Source of the DNA: Callorhinchus milii | Taxonomy: Eukaryota | Length of the DNA: 64,000 bases | Direction: 5' to 3' | Assembly: GCF_018977255.1 (NCBI RefSeq) | Contig: NW_024704743.1 | Span: forward strand, 74,960,001 to 75,024,000 | Part shown: positions 61,301 to 64,000 of the stretch, piece by piece | Layout: the number at the start of each line of letters is the position of its first letter | How positions within the stretch are numbered: the first letter of the stretch is position 1 | The notes under the pieces: model-generated | Databases searched by the model: none | Seen by the model: the letters and a program-made list of their open reading frames with translations, nothing else | What the model was told of the DNA's origin: nothing | Translations under genes and position numbers: made by a program

Positions 61301-61767
61301 ACAGTTGGGATTGGAATATCAGTGCCTACTTGTCAACCTGGAAGTCAGAAAGTTTTTAGTTCTAACACCAGGTCTTGATATAGCAAGGTCCACAGTAGAC
61401 CCACATTTCAAGCAAACCAGAACCCAACTAGGATGCGTAATGGGACTCGATTGTATTGTGAAATGCAGTAAATAAAGTAGATGATGCTGAAGGAATCCTT
61501 TGGAAGTTCAATGGGTAGGCTACATGAATCAATAGTCTATTTCTGCCTGAATACATCACGATGGGAAAACCAACCCTCAGTCATATTACTAATGATCTGT
61601 AACTGTAGTCCAATTAATACTTTAAACACAGCAAGACTAAGGCAACCAGAAATATGACATCATCCAAGTGGCTAAAGCTCCCCAACTCACCTGATTTGTA
61701 AGGCATGGATCCTCAGTCCACTGTAATCAACTTCCTTTTGTTCAAACTCCTTCCATTCTTCATCCTC
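49217..61767 (-). CDS. CDV3: Protein CDV3 homolog, 5'-partial; complement join(61691..61767,57263..57399,51874..52033,49217..49343)
   Basis: Exons splice in frame: EDEEWKEFEQKEVDYSGLRIHALQIS-DEREED...GPWNK...-SGVYRPP...GPPEIFNDAQFPSLQASAKHVETRK-DKEMEKTFEMVKHKNR...NQFAVLGEQ*; first exon not in window. Confidence 0.95.
49425..49804. repeat. Long imperfect inverted repeat (arms 49425-49487 and 49739-49804) in the last CDV3 intron
   Basis: Perfect complementary blocks of 23, 12 and 11 bp plus a 6-bp block, read directly; third partial copy at 50875-50908. Confidence 0.93.
51874..52033 (-). CDS. CDV3: CDV3 internal exon (alternative in-frame acceptor would start at 52027)
   Basis: tcaAG/TT TCA GAA...AGA AA/GTaagc; SGVYRPPAAR...QFPSLQASAKHVETR. 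Confidence 0.92.
53838..54130 (+). mobile_element. tRNA-derived SINE (short form)
   Basis: GGAGTCCTGTATCTCAGTGGTTAGAGCACTCGCC...GGTTCAATTCC; (att)n tail. Confidence 0.9.
54170..54900 (-). mobile_element. L2 LINE 3' fragment
   Basis: LARLYWLSILQRIEFKI...APTLWRSIPQS; (aac)n tail at 54170. Confidence 0.82.
55498..56905 (+). mobile_element. Long-form tRNA SINE interrupted by two L2 insertions (~55622-56058 and 56073-56774)
   Basis: SINE pieces 55498-55616, 56059-56072 and 56775-56905 rejoin; GAACCC duplicated on both sides of the second L2. Confidence 0.85.
57263..57399 (-). CDS. CDV3: CDV3 internal exon (137 nt)
   Basis: gatAG/T GAT GAA AGG...GTG G/GTaagt; acidic stretch then GPWNK. Confidence 0.92.
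57636..57700. repeat. (TG)n microsatellite followed by poly-G/GA-rich tract
   Basis: Read directly. Confidence 0.8.
58082..58388 (-). mobile_element. Long-form tRNA SINE, 5'-truncated
   Basis: Tail and internal segment present; head missing. Confidence 0.82.
58896..59180 (+). mobile_element. tRNA-derived SINE (short form) inserted in an older Deu-type SINE
   Basis: Complete head and tail; older element continues on both sides (~58690-58895, ~59181-59350). Confidence 0.88.
61691..61767 (-). CDS. CDV3: CDV3 internal exon (77 nt)
   Basis: tttcAG/GAG GAT GAA...ATC AG/GTgagt on minus strand. Confidence 0.93.
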
Positions 61768-63829
61768 CTGAAACCACAATAGTCAAAACTTTACAAATCC
61801 AATACACTATATTGAATAAATAACAACATGAATAGTGTAGGTTGCATTTAAACACTTACTTAGACTGAAAACATTTTTCTCCCTCTGTCCCATAACCAAG
61901 CTCCCATACCCCTAGTTGCCCAGTTTGCCTTTTGTATTCTGAGCATACTTGTTTCATGTTCACCATCGCCTCTAAAATTTCTTGCGTCCTTCTTGCTGCC
62001 TAATATCCAACTATAGTTTAACATAGATCAGTGTTGCCATGAAATACTTCAGTAACTTTGTTTTTAAACAATTCCACATAATACATCTTTTCCCACTAGA
62101 TTTTTGGAAAGGTATTCTAGATTCTGGATCAATCTTTAGAAAATTTAGTGTACAAACTTGACTGCACAAATATACCTTTGCACATCAATCCAAGATTAAT
62201 TTTATTGTGCACCTTCAATTTAACTCATTCTTACAACATTTCTAAAATTCTTCAAGTTCACACTTTTTTTTGAGACAACAAAGGACTCCAAAAAACAGCT
62301 TCCAGATTCAAACAGAATTTAACATGACTTTCCAAAATTACGTTCAATCTTCAATTTCACAATAATAGCCTAAAACCACAAAAAAGTATGCTGAAATATA
62401 GTACAAGCAGAAAGCATCACAGATAAACATGGCAAAAAAGATACTCATTATGACAGTCACATTTGCCCATACACTCATTATCAGTCACATTTTCTCCATT
62501 TCAAAGATTTACTAGGTGTTCGATAAAAGAAAAAAAAGTCAAGACAAAGTATGCAACTTGCTTGCAATTTAAATCACATGAAATCACAAGTTATCCACTT
62601 TGCTTCTGAATGTTGAACACTTCTAGTTATGAAACCAGAATTCAATAGAAATTTACCGGAATCTTAGGAAATGAGTGCACACATTCAGATATTTATCCAA
62701 TTATCCACACATTCCAGTGACTGCAGGTTGAATCATCCCTTCAATCCTGTGAGTCATAACTTTGCACCCGGCATTCTCATGAGTCCTAACCTCTGATGAG
62801 GTGTGGAATGTATTAAATGGAATCAAAACATTTGTGCTGTGGGGTACGGCTGGAGCTTTAACAGCTAAAACCAGGTATGTTGCCATTGAAAGCACTGTCT
62901 GGCAAGCTTCCTGCTGCTAAGGACCATCATACCTAGAAGGGCTTTGGATTGCAAGGTTAACAGGAGATAAGTAGGAAGAATCCTTGCCTCCAATGCCACT
63001 TGCAAGTCCTCCTGAAATGCCAGGCTAGGAATGACTTGATTGAATTCCATTGCAAGAGCCAGTTCAGGAGACCTCACACACCCCCATTCGAGAAAATTTA
63101 AACAAAGCATGTAGCTTTCCTGATGGGCAAGAATCTTATTACTATGAAATAGCCATAAAAACTTTTAACATTTAAATGTTTCATCATACGTTGGAATATC
63201 ATAAAACCATCAAATGTACTGGACCCACCTTAAAAAATTCAGCACATTATTACAAATAAAAAATATGACTATTAATTATGATAGATAATATTAAATAATT
63301 CATATTGTTGAATGAGAACATTGAGCCTTTAACCTTTTGTCAATTCCTGCCTAAACTGAGCAAACAAAAGCCATGATCTGCTAGTTGAATGAATGAGTTC
63401 TTAGTTGACATGGATCGCTGCCACAAGATTGTCAATGCAGCACAAAGTCAGCAATTTCATTCAACACAACACAAGATTGGATATGTTAAATTAGTGCAAT
63501 TTTTAGAGGGAGCTCTATTTTAAACTTAACTTCTGTTTCCCTGACCTAGAAGTGCTCAATCCTGCATTCCTTTAGCTCAATACTTCCTACACATTAGTAA
63601 GCACAAATTTGAATTGAAGTGATTGTTTTCTAAATGTAACCAATACACTTTAAAACAATTGCATTCATTCAAGTTCCAGAAACACCATATTTGATCATTT
63701 GTTTCCTCTGTCGAGTTAATTCACATTGAGGCCATCTCACCAAGTCAAGAAGATGCTGAAATTGACACACCATCAAAAAAGCCTCCTTAGTCAATGTACC
63801 AGAAGATGCTTCTGGAATGGGTATGATAG

Positions 63830-64000
63830 GGCTCCGTGACCCCATCACTCCCACCCTCGCCCGACTCCACTGGCTCCCCATCCCTCAGAGGATTGAATTC
63901 AAGATCCTCGTCCTCACTTTCAAGGCCATCCATGACCTTGCCCCCTCCTAACTCTCCGACCTGCTGACTCCCTACCAACCTACCCGCTCCCGCCATTCAG
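63830..64000 (+). mobile_element. L2 LINE fragment running off the window end
   Basis: ctccgtgaccccatcactcccaccctcgcccgactccactggctccccatccctcagaggattgaattcaagatcc. Confidence 0.82.

Overview
Vertebrate genomic DNA; the repeat content suggests a cartilaginous fish, probably a holocephalan (inference). Three spliced genes were reconstructed by hand from splice sites and exon phases. (1) The last six coding exons and 3'UTR of DNAJC13/RME-8 (+, 283-5382). (2) The complete coding region of TOPBP1 (+, 27 coding exons, 10680-40560, ~1498 aa). Its promoter and first exon probably lie in the 30-N gap at 8281-8310, next to a C-rich and a (CA)n-based tandem array. (3) CDV3 (-, convergent with TOPBP1; first exon beyond the window end), with a proximal last exon (49217-49343) and a candidate distal last exon (from 43656). 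Introns are rich in tRNA-headed SINEs, older Deu-type SINEs, and L2/CR1 LINE fragments, several of them nested. The most striking unexplained structure is in the last CDV3 intron: one 'docking' sequence is complementary to two competing partner sequences, and one pairing buries a consensus 5' splice site. Other highlights are a GC-AG intron and an in-frame duplicated donor in TOPBP1, a candidate 24-nt DNAJC13 microexon, and a gene order implying an inversion relative to human 3q22. No prokaryotic-type systems are present. Comparisons to human proteins and gene order are from recall, not database searches.
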